This document shows positions 23,173 through 37,200 of a stretch of DNA of 64,000 nucleotides, one piece after another. The notes under the pieces were generated by a model that was not told the DNA's origin, did no database searches, and was given only the letters and a program-made list of their open reading frames with translations. Both the position numbers and the translations under genes were made by a program. The stretch covers positions 3,312,178 through 3,376,177 of the forward strand of contig NW_003526941.1 of assembly GCF_000181795.1 (NCBI RefSeq). The letters are read 5' to 3'. The stretch's first letter is position 1. Every line of letters starts with the position of its first letter. Origin of the DNA: Trichinella spiralis (taxonomy: Eukaryota).

Positions 23173-26100
23173 AAACTAGACAAACGAACATCATCCTCTA
23201 TGCGCAGCATTTTCCACATTTCATCAACTCTTTTTTCAAACTTTCAAGTTTTCCTACTTTTTAAATTTTTTTGTGTGCATTAAAATTTTTACGCCATCCA
23301 TGGTAGCTTTATGAAATGTTAATAATCTTTTGTGTGCAATTTGGTCATTTCAGTTTGCTTTTCAAGCAGCATTTTTACATTGCCGAAAAATCGAACTGTT
23401 CTTTTCTTCCCCCTCCCCCCCCCCCAAAAAAAATGAAATAAAATAGAAGAAAAATCATTATAAAATTATTATTACCGTATTCAAAAGTTTTACTTAATTA
23501 TTAACAATGAAGAATGGTCATTTGTTACGACATGCGATCAATAAGTATGATGAAATGAGCTTAAATTGTTGTGAAAAGTTACCGAAAATAATGTTTGATT
23601 TTTATTTAGCTGGTAAGATTTATTGTTGATGAAATTGAAAATTTTGTTGTATTGTTCTTTAAGTGCAGGTGTGTGTTGAAGTAGTTTCTTTGAATTTGGA
23701 AGAAAATTGATTTTCCGTACAAAAAGCAGTCAGAAAATTGTTCAAACATTTAAACATTCACTTGTTGTGAGTTTGGTATTAATTTGGCCGATAATCTGAG
23801 AGAGATATATGCGGATGAAATAAAAGTTGATGGGAAAAGCTAAGTTTTTCTTTCTCACACCAATAAGCAGTTATAAATTTAAGCCATGACTATTAATTAT
23901 TTCCGTAAATAGGGGAAACATTATGAGAGAAAAGAATAAAAATATTTTTTTTATTAAAATAAGATGAAAGAGAGGGAAAGAAGAGGTGGCGAATCAAAAT
24001 GTTTTAAAAGAATGATAAATACATACGTACATGTTATAAAATGTGAAAAATGTTTTCCAGGCTGTTCGGAATATGGAAAAGCAACTTGATTGACTACTCT
24101 AGTCAATTGATTCATTAAGTAATAGCAGAATCAACGCATTGGTCGATTATGAGAAATGAAAGCTAAGCAAAAAGCATTGCATTCCCCTTCAAACGTTCAT
24201 AGAGCCACTGGTGATCAGAAATTTCTTTGTCATCCCGTCACTTGTTAACAATATTTTCTTGCAATTTAACATTTTTCATTCACATGCGCTTTACGCAAAA
24301 GCTGAAATGATTTTGTTAATTAGAGAAAATTAATTAAAAATGAGATGAACAAGAAGAAAGAAGGGGAAAAGAGGAGACGATTTCATTTTCAAAATGCAAT
24401 CCAAGCATGCACTTCTGCTTTGAAAATAAATGCAAAATGACATTGTTTGCAATGGGGGTGGGGGGGGGGATAAATGCTCGAATTGTATTATTGCTTACAG
24501 GCTTAGGTTATTGCAGAAATTTGCTGTTGAATGTGAAGTGAAATTCAAATTTTGATTTTCAACTGATTCATGCTCAACGTGTTGTACATATCATCCATTT
24601 CTTTCATGCGTTTATTTAATTATTTTACATTTTTAATTTTGTTAGATTTTCTTTTTTGGTCATTTTATAATTTAAAATAATTACTCTCTTGGTAACAGCA
24701 TGGATGAAACGGCAGTCATGTTTATCTGCGCTTAATATGTGCTTGAAGTTTAACATGTTTTTAAATAAATTTTCACCCATTTTTAAATTTTATTCGATTA
24801 TTACTACTTTTATAAAAAATAGATGTTGAAATTGTTAAAAAGTAATCAAAATGTGTGCTATTTTGTATTTATTTAATTAACTGCGAGAAACGATGGTATT
24901 ATTTAAATACTGTAATCGATTATTATTTGCCATTTGGCAGCTTATTTATTTCGTAATTCAAAAGATGATCAACTTTGTTTTCATCCGCTTGTCGTATATC
25001 GAAATGTAATTTTCAGATGATATATGAACTTAACGATAATTGAAAAATGTTTTCCTTTGGGCAATTTTGATATATATATGCATGCAAATATATGTGCAAT
25101 TTAAATATTAATGGAACATAAGTGAAACAATTCAAGCATTAGCATTTATTTGTGCGATATGAGATTTTTTCCGTTTTTCTTTTCTTTCCTTTTCTAATTG
25201 TAATATATTTAAAAATTTATTGAAATTTGAACAAGCAGGGTGGGTGGTTGTAATTTGAATAGATTTGACTGTGCGTATTGTGTATATAGAACAATCGTAA
25301 TGAGCAAAGCTACGTTGACCAGTAGCAGCGGCAAACTCTTGAAATAAACAGCAACTGTAGAAATGAACAAATGATTTATTTTAAATCTATACACTTTTGC
25401 TAAACACTTTGTTTCCTAAATTAAGAATCTTTGTATATAATAGCAGTGAATTCGGCAATGCAAAGCAAGCAATCCTTGTTACACATTGTTTCGATCGATT
25501 GATTTCGCGCATTCCAAAAACAGCCAGCAGCTCTAACAAAGTCATATTAGCAATACAGCATTGCAATATATGGTATTAGATGTTGCAAGTGAAACATTTC
25601 ATTCAGACGTTTAGGGTTCAGAATTTCCATTAATCGAATCCATTACAACCTGGCTTTTATTTATTTATTGGTTTGTTTATTTTCTGTAATTATTGGTTAT
25701 TTGTATTGTTGTATTTATTGGTTTTGTGGTTTTTATTCATTTGAGCATCTATTTTCTAAATAATTATCTTCTTTGACAAATTCAGGTGCTTCAATAAGTT
25801 TCACTCGAGCAGTTGCTGCTGCGTATATTTTTTTAGCTTTTTATCTTTCCTAGTTTTTAAGAAAATGGTTTGCTGCTGCGGTTAGAACTATTTAAGAAGT
25901 GCATATATCATTGTATATAGTTCGTGAATAATTTCATCATATAGAAATGGACATATCTCTCTCTGTGTGTTTGTGTATGGCACATTTTATTGTTGCAATT
26001 AAATAAATCTAAATTTTAGACAAATCCTCAGTTTTTAACTGAATTTTTTTTTTAAATTATTATCTTTATATTAAAATTTAAACAAATCAATTGTTGTGTG

Positions 26101-26385
26101 GAAAAGAAATTTATGTTACAAATATATATATATATATATGTATGTATGTATGTATATGTTTTTTACCTTGAAAATTTGAGTGAGATTGTCGTTGGACGAA
26201 AAGTTGAATGCTTTCTGTTTTTGTTTGTTTCTAAAGTAGTATTACATGATCAGGTGAAAGCGATAAGATAATCATTGCAAGGAAATTGAACATTTCGAAT
26301 GCTCACTAAAACCTCAGAAGTATGATTTGAAATTAGCGTATGATTGACGAGTTGACTTTTGAGACAATGACGTATATAATATGTA

Positions 26386-26390
<5 letters not shown>

Positions 26391-26431
<41 letters not shown>

Positions 26432-26543
26432 AAGGAAGGAAGGAAGGAAGGTAGGTAGGAAGGTAGGTAGGTAGGTAGGTAGGTAGGTAGGTAGGTAGGT
26501 AGGTAGGTAGGTATGTATGTATGTATGTATGTATGTATGTATG

Positions 26544-26572
<29 letters not shown>
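26391..26572. repeat. Compound microsatellite (TA)n-(TATG)n-(GAAG)n-(GTAG)n-(GTAT)n
   Basis: Directly visible. It produces the spurious YIHT/YLPT ORFs at 26250-26614. Confidence 0.95.
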
Positions 26573-26574
<2 letters not shown>

Positions 26575-29500
26575 GCTGTGTATAAGCTAATGTTCTTGAA
26601 CGACACAAAATCAATTCAATTTCAGCTTTGATGGCTGAAAAATTTTCTTTTCATGCGGCAACTACCGGCAAGACGACGACGACGTTAAAAAGCGCTCCCA
26701 ACGATAATTGATTGAACTTTGCATTTTTCAATGAGCTTCTCATTATTGCTGCTAATTTCTGCTTATCCGTCTATCTCATTTGTTATTGTTTTTCAGACAT
26801 TGCCGCTTTTAATAAATTAATTTGTATATGTCTTTTTTTGTCATATTTTTTTTCTTTGTGGGAATTTTTTTTCAAGTGATACTGAAATTACTTTTTTCTT
26901 TGAGACCAGTTTCCACATAGCGCTCGCAAATTTTTTTACTACTTTTCTACTGTATTGCATTTCATCAAATAATATTTAAAAAAGCAAAAAAAACAAAATA
27001 TGAAATACGTCTTGTGAATTGTACTTATCAAATATTTCATATAAGATATTTGCAAATCACGAATTCATTTCAGGCTATCAGTTTTTTTGTTCATTCATTT
27101 GTTAAATGCTATTTATTTATTATCGTTTAGCGAAACAACAGTGTTGTTTTTTATTGAGTAATAAAAATCGATTTCAATTTCATTGATTACTTTCAAATTA
27201 TATGCTTGAATTGGATGCTTTTGATTGATTTCTTCTAAACGCAACACTAAATATAATGGGAAAAACATTTCATGAATGCAGTTCACTTTAACTTTATGAC
27301 ATTAGCAAAAGTGGCTTTACGCTTCAATGTGGTCCACGCCCGTTGCTTCGTTGTTCAACGCTTTGTAATAATACATCGTTGTTATTGTTGTATATTTCAA
27401 CAAATGATTGCTTCACAGAATATTTGCTTCACGTATTTTGCTGTGTCTGCTTTGTGTTCACTGCCCACTGCGCCAATGATGATCATTATTGCCAACATTT
27501 GGGTTTCAAAGTGTTGCTTGCATCAACATCGTCAAGCAGTTCATATGCATTTCTAAGAAACCGTTGGGCGAACAAAATTTAATCACTCGTTTGTTCAAAT
27601 TTCTGTTGTCTGCAATAATAATAACGAAAATATTACTATTTGTGGAAATTTTCACGTTTCACAAAGCATTCTACAATGTGCAATTTTAGTACAAGAGAAG
27701 GGTTCAATGAAATATTTCCTGGAAATTTATTTAAATTAAATTGTCTATCTAGCTGTTTTGTAGTTCTGTTTGAATACTAATTTTGAAAAGCACGTTTAAA
27801 AGTACTTCTGTATAATAGAAATTTTTTTATCAAAGTCGGTTACCTTAGAAACTCGGGTTTCAGTTATCGTCCATTTTGAATGATGCGCTTTATTACTAAT
27901 GTAACAGTTGAAAGCAAAAAATTGCAAACATACCTATAAATTATTAATTATAGTTGAAAATTATTTTAATTTTTTTTCAATTTTAATTTCAGGGAACGCT
28001 ATTTGATTAGGCAATTAATATTTATATAAAAAGTTTCATAGTTATAATCAGATGACAAGGGGATTTGCGAAATTGTACCGTTCTCATAGGGTTAACTAAA
28101 TCTTTGACAGATTTAATTTGAATGGAATGAATTTTTGATAAAAAATTTATGCTTTCCTTCATATCATGAGGAAATTAATTCAAAGAGTTATGCAATAAAT
28201 AAAAAATTGTCACTGAGATGATAAATTGAATGAATGAAAGGAATAAAATTAATGAAATTCTAAAGTAAAATATTACATTTGAACTTGAAAATAAATAATT
28301 GTCCATTTGAAAGATGAAGCAACTTATTCTCAACTAATTAATAATTAAAAATATCTCTATCTGAAGTTTATAATATGAAAAAATTTCTATTTGATGTAAT
28401 TTTTGAGTGTGCGTTTTGTTAATTTTTTTTATCGCAAATGCATGAAAAATTTTTACATTTTGCTTTGTTTGAAGAGCAAATCTTCAGCTCTCTAGTAAAA
28501 TAAATATTTGACGCAATTTCTCTATTATTAATTTTGAGAAATGGAAAAGAAAAAGAAAGCAAACAATATTTAAAAAGGTTTCTTAATATAAATTTTAAAA
28601 ATACCAATGCTTTGAGAAAAAACTTGCTTGTGTCAATGCTTCATTTCAGTCATTATTACTGAAAAGCTGTTTGCCGAAGTTATGTGCCATTTGTGTGTGA
28701 TTTTGTAAACAATGCTTTAATAAAGCAGCCTGTTTCATTTTCCAGTTTATCACGTTTTTTTATCACTAACTTGTATATTATAAGTTGTATAAAACTGAAA
28801 ATTATAAAATACAGTAATTTTTACTGTCAGTCATTACATATTTTTTGATAAATAATGAAACCTGGTTATCAGCTTTTGTTATTTTTCCTGTTGTTTTATT
28901 TGAATATTATTGATTATACAGTTGAAAGTCCATTGATACAGAAGCAAGCAAGCGACATGCCCTTACAAGCAGGTAACCCAAAAGAAAATTTAAAACAAAA
29001 CTTTAATAATAATTAGGTACAATTCCAAAAGATATTTGTTAAACAAAGGTGTACTCTTTGAAAGTTGAGTCTTTCTTCAAATTTCTAATGTCACATTTAA
29101 ATAATACTTTATTGTTGACTGAAAATTGTTTGGATAAACGAATAATTTTTATGATGCATTTTAGTGAGAAAGTAAAATAAAAAAAATAGCAGAAAATTTA
29201 CTTCATAAAAGTTATTCAGCTTAAGGTGGTGCTTTGAAAATAAGCGAAGTATTTATAATTAATATACAAATTTGAAGATGAATAGGTGAGGCAGCATAAT
29301 TTGAATTAAAGCGGGAAAACTGTGCAAACAACAGTGACTTCACTAGAGCATGACATTAAGTTAAATTTCATATAATTAAACACATTACCAAATGGCATCT
29401 TGAAATGAGACGACATTTTAGGTGTTGAAACGAAGAGAATGAAAAAACGACTGTATCCATACTATGTTTGGAATTCATGGCACTTTTACCCTTGGGGCTG

Positions 29501-32500
29501 GTGGCCATATTGGTGGTGACATTATTTTAAAGTCTGCACAAAAAGACACTATTTAATCATTTTCAGCTAATTTGACCAATATTACAGCAATTATGTCGAC
29601 ATTAATTAAATGTGTTCACATGATTAGAATGCTTTTTATATTTCAAAACAACTTAATGAATGATTCCGAATCATTTTGAACGTGCGACATCTTTTTTATT
29701 CATTCTCACAACGTAGTTTGGCGCAAAGTTTTCCAACTTTTATTTCAACTTCACATTAAAATATTTTGCAAAGAAATTTTTAAAATTAATGCGCATTCTT
29801 CTAAAACAAGCACTGAAATGCTGTACTGTGATTTAATTTTTACGTGTTGAGCAGTTTCTCAACTCTCCTTTCAAAAAAATCATTTTTATATCAGAATTGT
29901 ACTTTGGACATATATGCGCGTTGAAATAAACATGAATATTCATTATAAAAATTACAAAAGCATGTAATTTGAAATTAACAATAACCAAAATTTAAACTTT
30001 ATTATCGCAGTGTACGGTTATGAAGCAGAGCCGCAATGTTTTGCCTAATTAATTTCTGTGAAAAAGAATCCAGAATTAAACATTCACTTTTAAAATACTA
30101 AAAATGTAATGGAATTTTTTTAACAAACAAATTGTACTGGAAATCTACTACAATAAGTCAACCGAAGAAGTAGTTTTGCGATGATTTCTTTGAATGCTAG
30201 TCGACTGTGACTTTCTATATTTGGTAAGCTATAATTTATTGATAGACATGTACTCTTGAATTTATGTAATACTTTAATATATTTAACTGTTTGGAAGGAT
30301 TTTTCAACAGTAATTGAAAACCAACCCAGTTGGAATCGTGAAATTTGAAATTTTATGGTATAATATAATATCGATATTTTAAAAGTCATTATTTTTGTAT
30401 AATCAGCTTTTTCATTTTTTTATGTAAGTGTAATAGCACATTTTGTTAAAGAAAGGGAACATTTTATTACATATAAATAAATAAATTTATATAAATATAT
30501 ATTCGTTATGGCCATACAGAAATGTTTAATCACTACAGTAGTGTTAGGCCCATAATCACTTACAAAAGTTTGCATTTTTTACGAGCACCGTATATTTTTT
30601 CAAATAAAAAAGAAGTGTTTCTTATTAATACATATCAGGAATAAAACTTTGATTCAATGAAAGATGAAAATTGGGATCATCGTTGTGTATTGCTTTTACT
30701 TTTTTAATTGTTCTCAGAGGCAGCAGTTTAGCTTATTTCAAAGTTGACATTGTAGCTAAAAATCAAGACTGTACTTTTACTATTAGGTGGCTTTGTGAAG
30801 TGTAATTTCGTAAACAGCAAGGATATTAGCCATAAATTGAATTTAAACATTTCTACTCATTTCACACAATTCAACGTTTCAGCTTGTTCATTTTAATCTA
30901 GGCTCTGAATGTTGTAGTGGTGGATCTGTGGTGGGTTGATTTCAATCTTGCAGCACAGTGTATTATCACCCTCGCTCTTTTTATTTTTGGATATTATAAT
31001 TAAAAGAAAATTTAACTTTAGTTTGACAGTTTTCCGGTCTTTTTTCAGGTGTCACACATTATGAACGGAATTACTTTGTTGTAGAAGTTTTTTGAGTGAA
31101 AAGCAATCAGTGTCTGCTTGAGAATTCTTCTTTTTCTTCGTTCATGTTGTTTCTTCTTTTGTTTTATAGCGCTTAATTTGATACATCAACGAATTGAATA
31201 TTCTTTTTACCATTTAATAATTTTCAAATGAGATACAGTCTGAGCTGAGCTAAGATTGTTTCAAATACAAACCTGCATGTGAGAAATGCGCTATGCAATG
31301 CTGATCTTAGAAAATGCCATCTTCGGCATGACTTTTATTAAAAGTTGAAATCATCAAGTAATAAAATTGATAGTTTAGATTGCGTGATGTTACACTCTGT
31401 CTGGAAAAAAGTGTTCACAAAACCACATGTATAATGCAACAAGTACTAACAATGGCGATTGTTAATTCGGCCTGTAAAATAAACAGTTCAGTTACCATAA
31501 CTACAGATCTTTTGTTTTGGTGCAGTCGACAATGAACCGTCACAAACATTAAATGTTGCCTTTAAACAAAGTAAGTATACACATTTATATTTGGAGCTAG
31601 TGTTAATAATAAACGTAATTGCAATCACTTATTTACTATTAAATGTTTAATGGTTATGATACGTTATTTTTTATTTTGATTTCTGAAATAATTTTGTAAT
31701 TCAAGAAAAATTTTTATATGTTATTCGTGTGAAAAATTTCACATTCACAATACATAAATTTTTAAAATGTTTATAAGAAAAAAATGCGAATTTGCTTTTT
31801 CCTTCGGCGCTTGTAATTTTAATTTGATTAATTTCAGTTTACAGCATCAACATTTAAGTTTTTTTTATAAAGTTAAGACATTTGTAATGTTCTGTCACTT
31901 TAGATACTGACACATTAGATTCTCTTTATAACTTTAATTAACAATACAATACACAACAATGCATACAATACTACTACGTTAAAAAACTATCTTGACGATC
32001 TCATGAAATCTACCGTATCTTCAGTTGAATTTCGGGATACAGCATGGTTAATAATTTCGAAATGTATATGTTTAGAATGGATGGGATGTAATTAGAAGAT
32101 CGATGAAAAGTAAATGGCAATGAAAATTACTGCGAACTTCTAACACATGATGGCAAGGAACTTGCTATTTGAGTTGATGATAACGAACAGTGTTACAAGC
32201 TGCTAACGGTGATGTGAAATCAGTTTAGAAAAAGAAAGGTAAGACTGAAAAAATGTGAATGCTAAAAGAATTAAAATTATTAAAAAAAACAGTACTTAAG
32301 GCACTTAAGTACAAATTTATAAACGTACTGTAATATTTTTGTAGATATATATATATATATATATATATGAATTTGGTATATTATAAATGATAACTTAAAT
32401 GTCGAAAAACTTCATCTTGTAATAGGATGATCAAGGAACAATTTAACAAGGTATTCACTCTGAAAACATAAGCTGAGAACTTTATCTGGTTTCGCATTAC

Positions 32501-34184
32501 TGTACATTTGTAACTTTAATATGTATGTATGTTTATATGTATGTATAATATTATGGGAATTGATATTGAATTGATTTTGCCGATTCTAATGAATTGAGTC
32601 TGCGCATGTAATTATTCAGTGTATGTGTAAGTACGTTATGACAAATATTTAATGTATGCATGAGTAGTGTAATTGAATTTCAACTTATAATAAATATTCA
32701 TTAAATTTGAATTTGTTCACTTGAAATTTTATCAAACGTCTTATATTTTCTGAGTGAAATACCTATTTCCTATTTAAATTAGTTAATTTTTTAAGTATAA
32801 CGGTACTGAATTGTAATAATCTTATTTTTTGCATTTTTTAAAATTCGTAAATTAACTGTCGTATTAATAAATTTCAAATTTTGCGGTTTTTTGTTCATCA
32901 GTTCATTTTGCAGTGGGAGAGTAAAAAAATTCTTAAGTACCTTAAGCAGGAAGCATTTAGAATTATTAAGAAATTTAATTCGTTTTATCTGCTACATGTT
33001 CAGTTGATGAGTGTCATCACAGTTGTACAATTAGTATTTAAATTATTTAATACTGCGAGCATTTGAAAATGCAATTTTAGTGTATTCCATTAGAGAATAA
33101 TGAGAATAACAGAAGAGAATAATAATGAAAGCATGAACGCGGGTAATTTTTTTAACGCATTTGCAAAATTTGGTTGATCGTCAGATTTTCATTCTTGTAT
33201 ATATATATATATATTCTTTGGAATGTGATTTGTGTTATAATAAATAATTTTACTTCAGAATACAGGTTAAGTGATGCTGAATTGAAATCTTTTGAAGCTT
33301 TTTATGTTTGTTAATAAGAGCCGTAAATTTTTTAAAAATTACAGGAGTATAAGTATTTATTTTTTGCCGATGTAGATTTATAAATCTGTTTGAACTGAAA
33401 ACTGCAAGTCTCCATGTTTAAAAAGTGCACGGGACGTTAATTTTATAGATGTTCAAAGTAATATTGTATTGTCGAGATTTAATCGACTAGATTGATGAAA
33501 ACGTTATTGTGATTGTGAAAATGCAAAATTGTATTTTCCTTTGAATAATTTTCGGAAATGATACTCCATTTATAGCAGCAGCATACTTTCAAATTGTTTA
33601 TTTATTGATTATTAGTGAAAAATGCGATAGTTTAAAAAAGTATAAGAAGCACTGATTTATGAATGATTTTTATGTATATATTAAAAATAATTTGTAATAG
33701 AATTTTTGTTGAGTAGAATAGTGTAAGTTTCGCGACTGTAAAGAATGGTGAAATTTTAGGTCATGTTTGAATTCTGTTACTGTTTTTGTTTACCTAAAAA
33801 TCCTGATTACTGTGCGTTCTTCACTGTCAGTAATTTTTTTGCATTTGAATTCTTTTTTTGAAAACATTAAATTTGATTGAATATTGTATTAAATTGAAAT
33901 GGAAATTTTGTTTCCGGTTATGTGGAGAAAGATTTTTCAAGATAGAGTAAATATGATGGTAATGAATCAATTAATGGTTAATATATTTTGTTCGAAATGA
34001 ACAGTAAATTTTGCGGATGTGCTGGTGTTGTTCAGTTGAATTAGGATTAGTTAGTTTAATTTTTGCAAAGAATTTCTGCAGTCCGATTACAGAATGAACA
34101 AATGGAATGGATTGAATATGATAAGCTTGTGTGAGAAAATTTTCATCTGCTGTCATCACATCTTTCTTGTAACATATACATATC

Positions 34185-34260
34185 TGTGTGTGTGTGTGCG
34201 TGCGCGCGCATTTGTGTCGGCGTGTATGTATGTATGTATGTATGTATGTATGTATGTATG
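34185..34260. repeat. (TG)n / (TATG)n microsatellite
   Basis: Directly visible. Confidence 0.85.
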
Positions 34261-37200
34261 GACATTTTTAAAAATATAGTCTGAATGGTCGTTGGAAATG
34301 GCTTTTTTACGATTGGAGGCAATTGTCAGAACCTGCTTGAACGCTGAAGATTACTTCCTGCGCATTGGGAAGAATTTTTCGCCTCGTTGAGTTGTGAGTA
34401 TTTTAATTTTCCTAATTGCCGATCGTTGGGTTGATCCGTTGGTTGTTGAATCGATTGATAAAGTGGCTTGCGGCGGCGGTGAGCCAAGCAGACTAAGGAT
34501 GATTGAATGGCATTCTTGTGGTTCGTTTCGCGTCATCGATGAACCAAAAACTCTAGCACTTTTTGCACAACAACCAAAACATCATCCTCATCACATCATT
34601 ACCAGTAACTGACCAAATTTAACAATGACAACGGCATCACTAGAAGCATTTTACTAATTCACTAGAAATTTACACCTCTCGAGGATTTCTCACAATAATT
34701 TGTGATTTTTCTTCATCATCATCATTTTCTTTTTCTTCCTCATTTTTTGCACTGCTGTTATGATCGCCATTGCTACAGTTTAATTTCAATGTCCTTCACA
34801 TTACAGTCTCATCATTCACCGTACATGATTACGTCGTGCACGCGTCATTTATAAGAGGTATTTTTACTTTTAAAAATACAAATAAACGATCATTTCATCA
34901 TTATATTTATTAACTGTTCGTATTTGCTGTCAATTTAACCATTTTATTATCCCTCACATGTAGTATACCCTAAATGAACATTCAATGCATGTACATTTTT
35001 TTCAATTCCATTTGCAGAGTATTAATTTAATTTAAAAAATTTACCGTTTTTTTCAAAATTTTTCTGCATTATTTATATTGTTTTTCTTGCTTTTCAAAAC
35101 ACTTATGTACAACCTGTTTACAACAATATCAGTTTGTATATTGTACAATTGTTTCATAAAAATACTGTTTTTATTAATTGAAAGCATCGCATTTGGTATG
35201 GATTATTTTCTTGTATGTTGTATGATGCAGTTTTTTTTGAATTGAGTCCATTGCAGATTTTTATTACTTGGTTAACTGGGAAAACTTGCAATTTTTACTT
35301 TTTAAGTATGATGAACGAATTGAAATGTTTTGTAATGCTGCTTTCTGAACCAGTAGAATAGTGTGAAGTATTATGCTCTATAATATAGTATATGGATGTG
35401 TACGATTTTACTGAACAATTTTGTGAAGATATTTTGCTCATTAATTCCTGAATTCATTGGTTTTTGAATTAGTTTGCAAAAGTAACAAGCTATATAATTG
35501 TTGTCCGTTTACAATACATCTGGCATGCATGTGAAATATTTGGAATAATCGTGCATTGAATAGGGATAATATTTTTGTTGTGTTCAATTATTTGCAAGGA
35601 ATTTTATTTGAAATTTTTTTGGCAGTGGAATGAAGAACAGTGTATGGAAAAAATTGCAGACAAATATTTCGTAGCGTTTTGCTTTTTTTCGAATAAATTT
35701 TAATCCTTGTGCAATATAATATGCTCGTTTGCAATTTAATTGATTCGTTTTAATTATTATTAATATTATTGAAACATATAGGTTTGTTTTTTTTAATTTT
35801 GAAATTTTTGCTAGGGTTTGTTAGCTTAAATTTTTGAACAACAGGAAGCAAGTTATTTTTTTGCAAGATTATGTAGAATTTCGATTGCAGCTTTATAAAC
35901 GTACATTTTGAAAATATATTGTGAAGCATTTTTTTAGAAAAGAAGGCTAAATGAAGTTCAGGCACTTTGCACTGTCAAGCATTTTTGCAGTTGTTCAGAT
36001 CTTCAAAGTCAATTTCTTCTAATAAAAAGGTAAGCATTTTGTGCATGATTATATTATATATTGCTTTTGTTTTTCCATCTGTTTCCAGTAGTGTTGAGAG
36101 TTGCAGTTTTAAGAGAAAAGTATTATCAAAAATTTTTATTTATACAGTTTTACGTGTTTTTCCTTTGAAAAATTGATTTTCATGGAATGGTCATTTGTCA
36201 CAATCAGCAAACATTTAACTTTTGTTCTTGTTGTCGAAGCATTATACAATTTATTGCAGTATAGGTTTTCAAAATTTGCATTTTGATTATTATAATTTGA
36301 CACGCATTTAGCTTTTTTGATGAGGGTTTTTCTGCAAAATTGGAACTATTTCTAGTCATTTTTTGCATAGTTGTGCGTGAAAATTGTTCATCAAATCAAA
36401 GCTTTTTCACTTGTTCATGATCTTTGCATTTTACAGAGAAAATATCTTCCAGTTTTCTTAAATGATATTGTTCAAAGAGTGTTTTGTGGTGAAGTTTACG
36501 CGTAGGGCTCGAATTACATAATATCATTTTCTTATTGAATATACTTTAGTGTATGTGCGTCTATATGAATGAAGAATATGTGTATATTTTTTTTCTTCTT
36601 ATAATTCAATCTGTGATTTCATTTTTACAATTGTACAGCTATAAATTTATGGTACAGTTTTTATTTTAATAATGCAGATTCTTATTTTTTTTATTTTTCA
36701 TTTATTGCTTCTTTGTAGAATTGAAATGAACAAAACAAAGAAGAAATTCTGCTTATTCATAATTATAATTCTAATATCAATACAGTAAAATAGAATTCGC
36801 GAGATTATTCATGTGTAATAATTAATTTGCATGTAAAGATGAGGAAAAAAGGAGTGAGGGAAAAAAATTTAAACTATTGCAAAAGGGAAAGATTGCGCGT
36901 AGAAGTAAAGAAACGTGACACGTTGCACCTGTTTTTCAATGACTAAGCGGCAATAATTGAAGTTCAAGTAATCGAGAAGGGCGGTTATAAGAAATGATTG
37001 AAGCTGTCTCTCATTTGCTAATTTTGATTGGAACTTTGCCCAAACAGGTGCTTTTCAGCGCAGTGCATGAAATTCAAATTTCCTATTCATTGTTTTTCAT
37101 CACAATTGAGCTTCAGTTTTCATTTTTAATACTTTATTTATTTTTTGCAAAATATTCAAAAATCTTAATATGCAAGCAACTATACTACAGGTAATTAATT

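Noticed and set aside
26250..26614. ORFs with YIHT/YLPT repeats
   Set aside because: Translation artefacts of the compound microsatellite.
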